Positions 9,013 through 18,950 of a stretch of 64,000 nucleotides of DNA are shown piece by piece (position 1 is the stretch's first letter; each line of letters begins with the position of its first letter). The notes below the pieces were generated by a model. That model did not search any database and was not told where the DNA came from. It was given only the letters and a program-made list of their open reading frames with translations. This DNA comes from Promethearchaeota archaeon (GTDB lineage: Archaea > Asgardarchaeota > Lokiarchaeia > Sigyniarchaeales > SOKP01): NCBI GenBank assembly GCA_019057795.1, contig JAHLWS010000082.1, positions 32,001 to 96,000 of the forward strand, given 5' to 3'. Both the position numbers and the translations under genes were made by a program.

Positions 9013-10377
9013 TTGAAGTATGAGTTGGTTAATTTGGATTTTGTACCTCATGACGATAAAACAATTACTGAAATGCTTAAAGTTATTGGCGTTAATAATT
9101 TAGAAGAATTATTCCAAGATATTCCTAAAGATTTAATTATTAACAGTTTAAATTTACCTTTAGGCTTATCCGAACCAGATGTTCTGAAAAATTTAAAAGA
9201 ACTTTCTCAAAAGAATAAAGTTTATTCTAATTCCTTTTTGGGAGCAGGTTATTATTTCCATTACATTCCTTCTTTAGTTGATTTTGTAATAAGTCGTACA
9301 GAGTTCTATACTTCATACACTCCCTATCAAGCAGAAGCTAGTCAAGGTTATTTACAAGCGATCTATGAATATCAAAGTGTAATTTCTCGACTCACTCAGA
9401 TGGATGTTGCCAATGCTAGTATGTACGATGGCTCCACTGCGCTTGCGGAAGCGGCTATTATGGCAACTATAATAACAAGGAAAAACCGTTTATTATTATT
9501 GGAAGGCATTCATCCCGAATATTCTGAAGTTGTCAAAACTTATTGTTGGGGACAAGGAATCAATCTTAGAATTATCGCTGAAAATGAATTAATAGACGAA
9601 TTAAACCAAGATATTGCAGCTGTTTTATTTCAGAGTCCAAATTTCTTTGGAGATATTGAAGATGTATCGTCGTTAGCAAAAAAAGTGAAAGAAAAAGCTC
9701 CTAATTGCTTATTGATACAATGTATGACCGATCCCACCTGTTTAGGTGTTCTGAAACCACCAGGAGAAACAGATGTAGATATTTTTGTAGCAGAAGGACA
9801 GTCTTTCGGAATTAGTCCCTCATTTGGTGGACCGGGATTAGGGATTTTTACAGCAAAGCAAAAATATTTGAGGAAAATGCCAGGTAGATTGGTTGGCAAA
9901 ACAAAAGAAATTAACGGCGAACGCGAGGGATTTTTATTAACGTTACAAGCCCGTGAGCAACATATACGAAGAGAAAAAGCGAGTTCAAATATATGCACAA
10001 ACCAAGCATTATGTTCATTATCTGCCTTAATTTATATTATATCTTTAGGAAAAACAGGATTGCGCGAAATCGCAAGCCAAAACTTTCAAAAAGCTAATTA
10101 TGTTAAAAACAAACTAAATGAAATTCCTGGTTATGAAATTTTAAACAAAAAACCAACTTATAACGAATTTATTGTAAAATGTCCAGATGTTGATGCTCTT
10201 ACTCATGAATGCAAGCAATTAAACTTGCTTCCTCCCCTCCGTCTCTCAAAGTATTTTCCAAATTTGAAGAACACAGTTTTAGTGTGTGTAACAGAAATTA
10301 ATTCTCGGGAATCAATTGAAAAGTTTATCAATGCTGCTAAAAACGCTCTATATAACAAAAAGGAGGGAAAAAAATAA
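9013..10377 (+). CDS. gcvPA: Glycine dehydrogenase subunit 1 (start may be TTG at 9034)
   Basis: YTPYQAEASQG, NASMYDG, FGGP, REQHIRREKASSNICTNQAL. Confidence 0.95.
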   Translation: MKYELVNLDFVPHDDKTITEMLKVIGVNNLEELFQDIPKDLIINSLNLPLGLSEPDVLKNLKELSQKNKVYSNSFLGAGYYFHYIPSLVDFVISRTEFYTSYTPYQAEASQGYLQAIYEYQSVISRLTQMDVANASMYDGSTALAEAAIMATIITRKNRLLLLEGIHPEYSEVVKTYCWGQGINLRIIAENELIDELNQDIAAVLFQSPNFFGDIEDVSSLAKKVKEKAPNCLLIQCMTDPTCLGVLKPPGETDVDIFVAEGQSFGISPSFGGPGLGIFTAKQKYLRKMPGRLVGKTKEINGEREGFLLTLQAREQHIRREKASSNICTNQALCSLSALIYIISLGKTGLREIASQNFQKANYVKNKLNEIPGYEILNKKPTYNEFIVKCPDVDALTHECKQLNLLPPLRLSKYFPNLKNTVLVCVTEINSRESIEKFINAAKNALYNKKEGKK

Positions 10378-11813
10378 TGGATAATAATGATTCTTTGATT
10401 TTTGAAAAAGGGGTTGACCGCGCCCAAAAGAATTTTATTCCAAAAATGGATGTTAATGGTGAAAAACTTGAGGACATCCTCCCCAAGAATCTCTTAAGAG
10501 ATGTGCTTCCAATTCCAGATGTTCCTGAGGTGGAGATCGTTCGCCATTATGTTAAATTAAGCACATTAAACTACGGTGTAGATTCAGGAATTTATCCTTT
10601 AGGCTCTTGTACCATGAAATATAACCCCAAAATTAACGAGATAGTAGTACGATTGACTGAATTTTCGCAAATACATCCACTTCAGGATGAAAGTGAAGGT
10701 TCACTTGAATTATTATACAATATTTCAATAATGTTAGGTGAAATTACTGGTATGGACGGATTTACCTTACAACCTGCAGCAGGAGCGCATGGAGAATTAG
10801 TTGGTTTATTAATAATAAAAAAATATTTCGAGACTAAAGGGATTATCAAAGATAAAATTATAGTTCCAGATTCGGCACACGGCACTAATCCTGCGTCGGC
10901 GAAAATGGCGGGATTTTCAATTATTGAATTACAATCAAACGAATACGGTGAAGTTCCACTAGACCATCTTGAATTTGCAATGCAACAAGGAGATGTAGCA
11001 GGAATTATGCTTACAAATCCTAACACATTAGGTGTTTTTGACAGACAAATTAAAGATATAACTAGAATCGTCCATAAGCATGGGGGGTTATGTTATTACG
11101 ATGGAGCAAATTTAAATCCCATGTTAGGAATTTGTCGCCCCAGAGATATGGGTTTTGATATAATTCATTTGAACTTACATAAAACTTTTTCAACCCCTCA
11201 CGGTGGTGGAGGACCTGGTTCGGGACCTATTGGTGTTACAAATGAACTCATCCCATTTTTACCAAAACCCTGTATAATTTCGACTAATGATGGTATTGTT
11301 TGCGAACAGAATAATAATAAATCAATTGGCCGAATTAAAGCTTTTTGGGGTAATTTTGAGGTAATATTAAGAGCATATACTTATATTCTATCTTTAGGAG
11401 CAGAGGGGTTAAAACGGGTTGGCCAGATAGCCGTTTTAAACGCTAACTACCTAAAAAGTTTGCTACAAAAGAAATATGAGCTTCCATATAACCGCAGGTG
11501 TCAACACGAATTTGTTTTGTCAGATAAAAATTTACCAAACGATATTACAACTGAAGATGTTGCTAAAAGAATTCTTGATTATGGTTATTACGCTCCAACT
11601 ATTTACTTCCCCTTAATTGTAAATGGAGCAATAATGATTGAACCAACAGAAACAGAATCTAAACATTCCTTAGATAAATTCGTTGAAGCAATGTTAAAGA
11701 TTTACGATGAAGCGTTGGAAAAACCTGGACTCTTGAAAACTGCGCCACATAACACTCCAATTGGACGATTAGACGCAGTGTTCGCTGCAAGAAAACCAAT
11801 CTTGCATGATTAA
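10377..11813 (+). CDS. gcvPB: Glycine dehydrogenase subunit 2
   Basis: PLGSCTMKYNP, QPAAGAHGE, SAHGTNPASA, PLP motif HLNLHKTFSTPHGGGGPG, IEPTETES. Confidence 0.96.
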   Translation: MDNNDSLIFEKGVDRAQKNFIPKMDVNGEKLEDILPKNLLRDVLPIPDVPEVEIVRHYVKLSTLNYGVDSGIYPLGSCTMKYNPKINEIVVRLTEFSQIHPLQDESEGSLELLYNISIMLGEITGMDGFTLQPAAGAHGELVGLLIIKKYFETKGIIKDKIIVPDSAHGTNPASAKMAGFSIIELQSNEYGEVPLDHLEFAMQQGDVAGIMLTNPNTLGVFDRQIKDITRIVHKHGGLCYYDGANLNPMLGICRPRDMGFDIIHLNLHKTFSTPHGGGGPGSGPIGVTNELIPFLPKPCIISTNDGIVCEQNNNKSIGRIKAFWGNFEVILRAYTYILSLGAEGLKRVGQIAVLNANYLKSLLQKKYELPYNRRCQHEFVLSDKNLPNDITTEDVAKRILDYGYYAPTIYFPLIVNGAIMIEPTETESKHSLDKFVEAMLKIYDEALEKPGLLKTAPHNTPIGRLDAVFAARKPILHD

Positions 11814-11889
11814 TTTTATTTATTTTTATAATCGATCCAAAAACAAGCAGAAATTAAAAAAAAATTACAAATAGAATTAAACTATTTTT

Positions 11890-12780
11890 TTAAATAATTG
11901 CTCCAGTCAAAGTATGTTTACAAGCACAATCTCTTTCAGTGTCTATTTTTGGAATAGTTAATTCCAACATTTTTTTAAGATTGCCAGCATTTTTCTCCAT
12001 TGTTCCTAAAATTTCTTCTATACTTACCGCGAGCTTTTCTACGGGGCCTCCACATTTCGCACATTTTTCTTGAACTTCAACAACCCCACAAATTGAGCAT
12101 TCTCCTGCCCACACATCTAAATCAGTCACCATCGCAATACAACAATAACAAATCTCTTTTTCGGCAGCTAATACTACTTCTGGATATGTTGTCATTCCAA
12201 TGATATCTCCGCCCCATTGTCTAAACATTTTAGATTCTGCTCTAGTTGAGAATCGAGGTCCTTCGATACAAACATATGTACCGCCGTTTTGAATTTCTAA
12301 CCCCTCAATGGATTTTCCAGTTTCGTAAAATAAATTATTTAAATAAGAGCAATAAGGGTCCGCTTGGCTAATGTGACAAACTTGCCCACCTTCATAAAAA
12401 GTATCCAACCTCTTTTTAGTTCTATCAATGTATTGATCAACCATTACAAATTTGCGTTTGTCATGCTCCTTTTTCAGAGATCCAACTGCTGAAGGTGAAA
12501 TTATAAATTTTACTCCCAATTCTTTTAAAGCCCAGAGATTAGCTCTAGAATTTACTTTATGAGGTGGTGTTGTATGTCCAGCTCCATGACGAGATATAAA
12601 TGCGACTTTCTTTCCTTTAAATTCACCAACTTTAACAAAATCAGATGTATTTCCATATGGTGTGTATACCTTTATTTCCTCAATATTATCGAGTTCAACA
12701 CCTGAACCCGTTCCACCAATAATTGCTATTGAAGCGGATTTCGACTTTAAATCTTGTTTTGATAGCATAATAAAAACCAA
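11890..12780 (-). CDS. mtnP: S-methyl-5'-thioadenosine phosphorylase with inserted CxxC..CxxC segment
   Basis: IIGGTG, TPYG, RHG..H..PPH, EGPRFSTRAES, GMT..PE, VTDLD. Confidence 0.92.
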   Translation of the reverse strand: MVFIMLSKQDLKSKSASIAIIGGTGSGVELDNIEEIKVYTPYGNTSDFVKVGEFKGKKVAFISRHGAGHTTPPHKVNSRANLWALKELGVKFIISPSAVGSLKKEHDKRKFVMVDQYIDRTKKRLDTFYEGGQVCHISQADPYCSYLNNLFYETGKSIEGLEIQNGGTYVCIEGPRFSTRAESKMFRQWGGDIIGMTTYPEVVLAAEKEICYCCIAMVTDLDVWAGECSICGVVEVQEKCAKCGGPVEKLAVSIEEILGTMEKNAGNLKKMLELTIPKIDTERDCACKHTLTGAII

Positions 12781-12849
12781 TTTTTACTTATAGAAGTATT
12801 AGTTATTTTAGGTAATTGAATTAATTATTTTTATTGAATATTTCTAATA

Positions 12850-13362
12850 TTAAAAATCATTTTTTCTACTACTTACTTCTTTTTTATTATTATTATTGTT
12901 ATTAATAAAATATTCAATAAATTTATTAGAATAATCTTTAACAATATCATATGCTCCATTCTCTAATGCTAATTCTGCTCTATTTAGCTTTAAACAAAGT
13001 ATTGGCGGATAGATTATTTCAGGGTTTATATTGTCTTTAAGAAATTCAACCCAGAATGGTTCGATTTTAATATCGGCTAGTACAATATAAAAACCTGATA
13101 CTGCCTTAATAATGAGATTAGTTTTTTTTGAGATTTCCAAATATTTAAGCAACCAATTTTGAATTTCCAAACTTGGGATAACCTCGCTTATATAGTCTCC
13201 GACAATCAAGTAATCTAGCCTTTCTTCAACCAAGAAAGCAGGATCAATCTTTTTAGCATTTCCTAAAGATACATCAATGTAATCTTCCAAGCGATCCTGA
13301 AGCATCTCAGCAATAATCTTTGAGAATCCAATTCCTTCTTTATATATTATCCATAATTTCAT
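12850..13362 (-). CDS. Flavodoxin-fold hypothetical protein
   Basis: MKLWIIY...GFSKIIAE start and DYLIVG resemble a degenerate flavodoxin; GGTGA RBS 6 nt upstream. Confidence 0.55.
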   Translation of the reverse strand: MKLWIIYKEGIGFSKIIAEMLQDRLEDYIDVSLGNAKKIDPAFLVEERLDYLIVGDYISEVIPSLEIQNWLLKYLEISKKTNLIIKAVSGFYIVLADIKIEPFWVEFLKDNINPEIIYPPILCLKLNRAELALENGAYDIVKDYSNKFIEYFINNNNNNKKEVSSRKNDF

Positions 13363-13503
13363 TTTAATTCACCTAATTTTATCAAAATTAAATCTATTCT
13401 GTTTAATAACTTATTTCTATTTCATAACCTAGTGGCAGTAGCAATATTAAATATACAACCAAAATAAACAGAAAGAGAAACCCAGATAACCACATTTCGA
13501 TAC

Positions 13504-14523
13504 TCAAGGGGAACCCTCTAATTTATTCTTCATATTTTTCTCCATAGTTATTACTACATTCCCCTTTTTGTGTCCTGTTTCAACATACTTGTGGGCCTCG
13601 GCAGTCTGGTCCAGCGGATAGCGTCTATCTATGACCGATTTTATCTTCCCTGCCTCAATAAGCTCTTTGAGGAAGAGTAAATCTTCAGTCTTTAGGTATG
13701 CTGCCCCGAATATCACTTTCTTGCTGCTTGTCATTGAAGTCCATCGCCCTCGAATAATTGATGACAGCTTAGGGTTAGCTATAAGATAGCGTCCGTTTTC
13801 CTTTAGCGAACTTATACTACCTGAAAATGTACTCTTGCTTACCACATCAAGAATAAAATCATAGGTCTCACCGTTTTTGGTGAAATCTTCTTGAGTGTAA
13901 TCAATGACCTGATCTGCACCAATGGAGTACAGCTTGTCCAATTTCCTCGCGCTATCCACACCAGTCACTTCAGCTCCAAAGTACTTGGCAAGCTGTACCG
14001 CAAATGTACCTATAGTCCCCCCCGCACCATTAATCAGAACCTTTTGTCCGCTCTGGATATTTCCTTGTCTAATAAAATGCAATGCTTCAAGTCCCCCAAC
14101 AGGAACGGTGGCAGCTTCCTCCAAGGTCATATTGGCCGGTTTTATTGCCAGTACCCCTTCTTCAGGTTCTTCAGGCAAACATATATACTCGGCACAAGCA
14201 CCCATACCAGCAAAACCGGTAGCTGCAAAAACTTGGTCACATTTCTTAAACAGTTTTACATCTTTGCCTACTGATTCAATTTCCCCGGCTAACTCCATCC
14301 CTAGTATAGTTATTCTCTTTGGTTTTCTGAGACCAATATATAGTCGCATGAGGTACCGGTACAAGATTGCGTTTTTCATTCTTCGCATTTCACAGTCCCC
14401 TGCTGTTACTGTTGTCGCATGTATTTTTACCAGTATTTCATTGTCCTTGGGAGTTGGTTTTTCTACTTCTTTGAGTTGAAGAACTTCCGGTGGTCCGTAC
14501 TTTGTCCATACAATCGCTTTCAT
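13504..14523 (-). CDS. NAD(P)-dependent MDR oxidoreductase (zinc-independent quinone-reductase/alcohol-dehydrogenase-like)
   Basis: [39 protein letters not shown]. Confidence 0.92.
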   Translation of the reverse strand: MKAIVWTKYGPPEVLQLKEVEKPTPKDNEILVKIHATTVTAGDCEMRRMKNAILYRYLMRLYIGLRKPKRITILGMELAGEIESVGKDVKLFKKCDQVFAATGFAGMGACAEYICLPEEPEEGVLAIKPANMTLEEAATVPVGGLEALHFIRQGNIQSGQKVLINGAGGTIGTFAVQLAKYFGAEVTGVDSARKLDKLYSIGADQVIDYTQEDFTKNGETYDFILDVVSKSTFSGSISSLKENGRYLIANPKLSSIIRGRWTSMTSSKKVIFGAAYLKTEDLLFLKELIEAGKIKSVIDRRYPLDQTAEAHKYVETGHKKGNVVITMEKNMKNKLEGSP

Positions 14524-14531
14524 AAGGATCC

Positions 14532-15485
14532 CTACAGGGTTATTACAACATTCCCCTTTTTGTGTACTTTATCGACATATTTGTGAGCCTCAACAATTTC
14601 TTCCAACGGATAGGTTCTATCTATGGCCGATTTAAGCTTTCCCGCTTCAATAACTTCTTTGAGAAAGAGGAGATCTTCAGTTTTTAAGTTTTTTCCATTA
14701 CCCGAAGATTTCATTACGTTAAGATAGATTCCTCCCTTCTTTAGAGCCTTTTTACCTCGTGAAGACGAAATCTTGGCTACTGCATCAAAAATAACGTCAT
14801 AAGTTTCACCACTTTGGGTAAAATCCTCTTTTGTGTAATCAATTACCTTATCAGCTCCTAGAGATCTCACCATTTCAAAATTCGTGGTACTGCATACCCC
14901 AGTAACTTCTGGCCCAAAGTGTTTGGCAAGCTGGACTGAAAATGTACCTACACTTCCTGATGCTCCATAAATAAGGACTTTTTGTCCGCTCTGGATATTT
15001 GCCTTTCTAATACAAGTTAATGCTGTAATTCCCCCACCAGCAACAGGGGCGGCTTCCTCAAAAGTCATGTTGGTCGGTTTTATTGCCAGCATCCCTTCTT
15101 TTGGCACCCTTCCTTTGTCAACTTCTTCAGACAGACATATGTACTCGGCATAAGCACCTTAACCAAAACCAGAAAATGAAAAAACTTGGTCACCTTTTTT
15201 AAATCGTTTTACATCTTTACCTACTGCTTCAACCTCCCCGGCTAGCTCAAACCCTAGTATAGTTATTTTTTTTGGTCCTCTGAGACCATACACCAGTCGC
15301 GCAAAGAACGTTATCAGGGGAGAAAATCTTATAAAGCCGCTTCGAAATGTAATGTCCCCTTGTGTTACTGTTGTTGCATGAATCTTCACGAGTACTTCAT
15401 TGTCCTTGGGAGTTGGTTTTTCTACTTCTTTGAGCTGAAGAACTTCCGGAGGTCCGTATTTTGTGTAAACAATCGCTTTCATCAA
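14532..15485 (-). pseudogene. Paralogous MDR oxidoreductase interrupted by one in-frame TAA (15159-15161)
   Basis: ORFs 15159..15485 and 14532..15107 share a frame; the reading is [20 protein letters not shown], matching the paralog's [17 protein letters not shown]. Confidence 0.88.
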
Positions 15486-15641
15486 ACCATCCTGTCTTAA
15501 ATCAGCCGAATCCTCTTTTTCTTTTATATATTTTGTAATTTTTTATCACCTTTTATTTTGTAAAATTTTATCCATATTTACTTGATTTTCTTTAAAAAAT
15601 TAAAAAAATTAATTAAATCTTAGATTAAATAACCTCCAATC

Positions 15642-16226
15642 TTAGTGCTTCTCTGTTTTTACAAACCCAGAAGTGAACACATCTTCGTTAAATCCTTTAG
15701 CAATAAGCCATATCGCTAGAAATACCTCATTCAACATTATTGGAAGAAAAAGAAAGATCAACATTGCAAGACTAAAGCCCATTATTTCTAACAAGTTTCC
15801 TACCAACAACATTATGACTGCAATAACACCCCAGACTGATATAAATCGTGGAATAAGTTTTGATTGATACAATAAATAATAAAATATCAGAGCACCTAGG
15901 ATAAAAATGTATGCATGACTCACATAAATCCAATCACGTATCTCTAGTAACAGAGTGTTCTGAGATAAAAACATAATTCCAGCAATAATCATTAGTCCGC
16001 CCTCAATAATCTTGATGATAATATACCCAAGATCTAATTTTTCGTTGTATGTTTTTAAGATTGGAAACATTATAACTGCAATACCAATAACTGCAACGCC
16101 ACTAATTAACTCAATGAGCATTATTATCAATGCTTCTAAAGTGCCACTAAATAGCACAGCATACGCAATTAGAATTAATGCTCCCACAATTATTGAGGAT
16201 CTACGTTGTGTTGTATCGAAGGTCAT
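15642..16226 (-). CDS. DUF4386-like membrane protein (possible ATT start at 16259)
   Basis: Hydrophobic ORF with SKLIPRFISVWG and NEVFLAIWLIAKGF; typical partner of these MDR enzymes. Confidence 0.78.
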   Translation of the reverse strand: MTFDTTQRRSSIIVGALILIAYAVLFSGTLEALIIMLIELISGVAVIGIAVIMFPILKTYNEKLDLGYIIIKIIEGGLMIIAGIMFLSQNTLLLEIRDWIYVSHAYIFILGALIFYYLLYQSKLIPRFISVWGVIAVIMLLVGNLLEIMGFSLAMLIFLFLPIMLNEVFLAIWLIAKGFNEDVFTSGFVKTEKH

Positions 16227-16539
16227 TTCAGGTTTTTCATTTTTTTTTGTTTTATTAATTTTTAATCACCTTGTATTAATTTTTTTTAAATTATTAATTT
16301 TAATAGGTAGTGGGGCTCTAATAAGAGCATGTTCGAAGATAAGGAAAAAAACTAACAATGAGACCTTTTAGTAATTAAATGAGAAGATATGTATTTTTTA
16401 GTTTGAAATTAAAACAATATAAAATCTAAAAGGTCAACAAAATCCACCTTTTTCCTCTCAAATGAATAAATAATGGAACTAAATATACCATAATTTTTAC
16501 TAATTAGTTGAAATTCGGGAATAGAATAAAACTATGTTT

Positions 16540-17424
16540 TCATTTAGTTCTAAGCAACTGATCAATCCAACAATCATAATATTTCATAGAGAAGAAAATA
16601 TGCGGAATGATATCCTTGAATCCTTCAGTTTGCAGTTCTTCCTGAATTTTTTGTGAGTCTTGAGGTGTTTTTGTCCATATATACAGCATAAAGAAGTTAG
16701 GTATGTTACTAAAGCTCAAAATAAATGTAATATTTCGAGAATATTTTTCATTAATATACTGCATTGTTGAGTTTATGTTAGTGCCTTCATTTAAACGAAT
16801 AAGAAACACCGTAGTCAAATTATTTTCAGCTTTAAAAGACGTTTCAATAGTAAACGTAGCTAAATTATTCTCTCTCATTCGAACTAATCGCTTTCTAACA
16901 GTTTTGACAGATAACCCTACATCATCAGCTATATCTGTTATAGGTTTCCTTGCATTTCTATTTAGAGTCCTTAATATCTTATAATCAATGCTTGTAAGTG
17001 GTTCTGGGGTTGTTATATAAGGCACGTTCACAATCCCTACAGTTGGGTCGTTAAATTGAGCGGTATTTGAAACATAACTGGTATAATCTTGAAGTTCTGA
17101 GATATCTCTTAATGACCCTACAATCATCAGAAATTTACCACTTGCAATTGTAATAGCATAAATATTTTCATGTTGCCCTAACTCTTTACTAACAGCATCT
17201 AATGATTTTGCTTTAGAAGTACCAAAAATTACTACTACTAGATATTTCAATGCAATAAGACTCGGTCGGGCAATAAAAGCCTCAATAATCTCATCGTCTA
17301 CAAGGTTTTTTATACGTTTATGTATTGCACTTACCGACATGTTAGTAATTTCTGCTAATTCTCTATATGTCAAACGAGCATTTTCTAAAAGTTTCCTTTG
17401 AATGATTAAGTCGATTTCATCCAT
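16540..17424 (-). CDS. Tandem Lrp/AsnC-family transcriptional regulator
   Basis: Two wHTH units: MDEIDL..L.ENARLTYRELAE...S.SAIHKRIKNL and DYKILRTL.RNARKPITDIADDVGLS.KTVRKRL. Confidence 0.88.
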   Translation of the reverse strand: MDEIDLIIQRKLLENARLTYRELAEITNMSVSAIHKRIKNLVDDEIIEAFIARPSLIALKYLVVVIFGTSKAKSLDAVSKELGQHENIYAITIASGKFLMIVGSLRDISELQDYTSYVSNTAQFNDPTVGIVNVPYITTPEPLTSIDYKILRTLNRNARKPITDIADDVGLSVKTVRKRLVRMRENNLATFTIETSFKAENNLTTVFLIRLNEGTNINSTMQYINEKYSRNITFILSFSNIPNFFMLYIWTKTPQDSQKIQEELQTEGFKDIIPHIFFSMKYYDCWIDQLLRTK

Positions 17425-17614
17425 TGCGTTTTCAAGAATTAATATTTTTTATATATTTTTTATTTTAAAAATTTTTTTCAATGTTTGAATTATACTAAAT
17501 AAAAAACTTGATATTTTTGGATTGTTTTAACTAAGTAAAAAGTTTTTTGATATTTTATAGTTTAATAAGCTTTTTAAATTACAGTTTGGGTTAATTATCT
17601 AAAACAAAAAAACA

Positions 17615-18922
17615 ATGCCGTATATAAGATTTCTTGGTGGATGTAGAGAAGTAGGGAGGTCAGCAGTCCTAATTGAGTCAAATAATGGGGCACAATGCAT
17701 TTTGGATTATGGTATTAGATTCAAGGGCGAAGAGAGATTACCTTTAGATGATGATTTTGGCAATCTTAAAGCAATTGCGTTGTCTCACTGCCATGTAGAC
17801 CATTCTGGAGCTTTACCTTTTTTATTTAAAAACAAAGACATTCCCCTCTTTACCAACCCTCTAACGCTTAGAATGTCAGAGATATTGATAAAAGATACAA
17901 TAAAGATCTCCAATTATCCCTACCCCTTCGGGTATAGAGAGTTACAAAAAACAATTAAAAACGCTTCTTTTCTTAACAACGAAGTACGCCAGAAGATTGA
18001 CGATAATTTCTATATTACATTTTACGACGCAGGACACATTCCTGGTAGCGTATCTATATTAGTAGAAGTTGATAATAAGAGAATTCTTTACACGGGAGAT
18101 ATCAATACTCAAGAAACGAACCTAGTTTCTCCCGCAGAACCTTCTAAATTGCCTGAAATTGATGTTTTAATTACAGAATCCACGTATTCTTTAAGAGAAC
18201 ATCCTATAAGAGCGGAACTTGAAAAAAGATTTACTGATGATACCCTAAATATTATCGAAAACGGCGGAAAGGTCCTCGTTCCTGCTTTTGGGGTTGCTCG
18301 CTCACAAGAGATCTTGTTAGTTTTGCAAAAATACAATTTTAAAAGTGAAATATTTCTTGATGGTTTAGCAAGAAAAGTTTCGATAGAGTACGCTCAATTT
18401 CCTAATTCTTTTAGAAATTTTGCTGAATATAAGTCTGCTTTTAAAAAAGCTCAATTAATAACATCTAGAGAAAAAAGAAAGAATGTTAAAAAGAGATCAG
18501 ATGGTTTAATCATATCTCCATCAGGTATGTTAAAAGGAGGTGCTGCTCTTGAATATATCAGCTCAATTTTAAATGATCCAAGCTCAGCTGTTTTTCTCGT
18601 GGGATACCAAGTCGAAGGAACTCCAGGAAGAAAATTAATTGACGAAAGAATTTTCGAGTTTAAAGAAAGAAACAGTAGGAATTATCGTACAAGAGATATT
18701 TTTATCAAGGCAAAATGTAATGTAGATTATTACGATTTTTCTAGCCACGCGGATAAAATTCATTTACACAGATATATTGAAGATTTAAAGTTTCAAAACG
18801 ATTCTAAATTTATTTTTTGTATACATGGAGATCCAAAAGCAACAACATCATTTGCTTACGATTTGTCAGACAAAGGTTTTAATTCAGTTGCTCCTGAAAT
18901 CGGTGAAACTTATAAGATATAA
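17615..18922 (+). CDS. Metallo-beta-lactamase beta-CASP ribonuclease (KH-less aCPSF-type)
   Basis: GGCREVGRS, HCHVDHSG, AGHIPGS, TGD, ESTY, SSHAD, HGD. Confidence 0.92.
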   Translation: MPYIRFLGGCREVGRSAVLIESNNGAQCILDYGIRFKGEERLPLDDDFGNLKAIALSHCHVDHSGALPFLFKNKDIPLFTNPLTLRMSEILIKDTIKISNYPYPFGYRELQKTIKNASFLNNEVRQKIDDNFYITFYDAGHIPGSVSILVEVDNKRILYTGDINTQETNLVSPAEPSKLPEIDVLITESTYSLREHPIRAELEKRFTDDTLNIIENGGKVLVPAFGVARSQEILLVLQKYNFKSEIFLDGLARKVSIEYAQFPNSFRNFAEYKSAFKKAQLITSREKRKNVKKRSDGLIISPSGMLKGGAALEYISSILNDPSSAVFLVGYQVEGTPGRKLIDERIFEFKERNSRNYRTRDIFIKAKCNVDYYDFSSHADKIHLHRYIEDLKFQNDSKFIFCIHGDPKATTSFAYDLSDKGFNSVAPEIGETYKI

Positions 18923-18950
18923 AAAATTGCAGATTAAAGGAACAATTTCG

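Noticed and set aside
13891-14479. Long antisense ORFs (also 9630..9998, 10682..11026, 27251..27661, 42761..43132 and others)
   Set aside because: Shadows of well-supported genes on the opposite strand, with no recognisable motifs
15159-15161. Stop-codon readthrough (Sec/Pyl) in the MDR gene
   Set aside because: The codon is TAA, at a non-catalytic position; TAA is the common stop throughout the window
16492-16515. Imperfect palindrome around ACTAATTAGT as an Lrp operator
   Set aside because: Short and AT-rich; expected by chance in this composition
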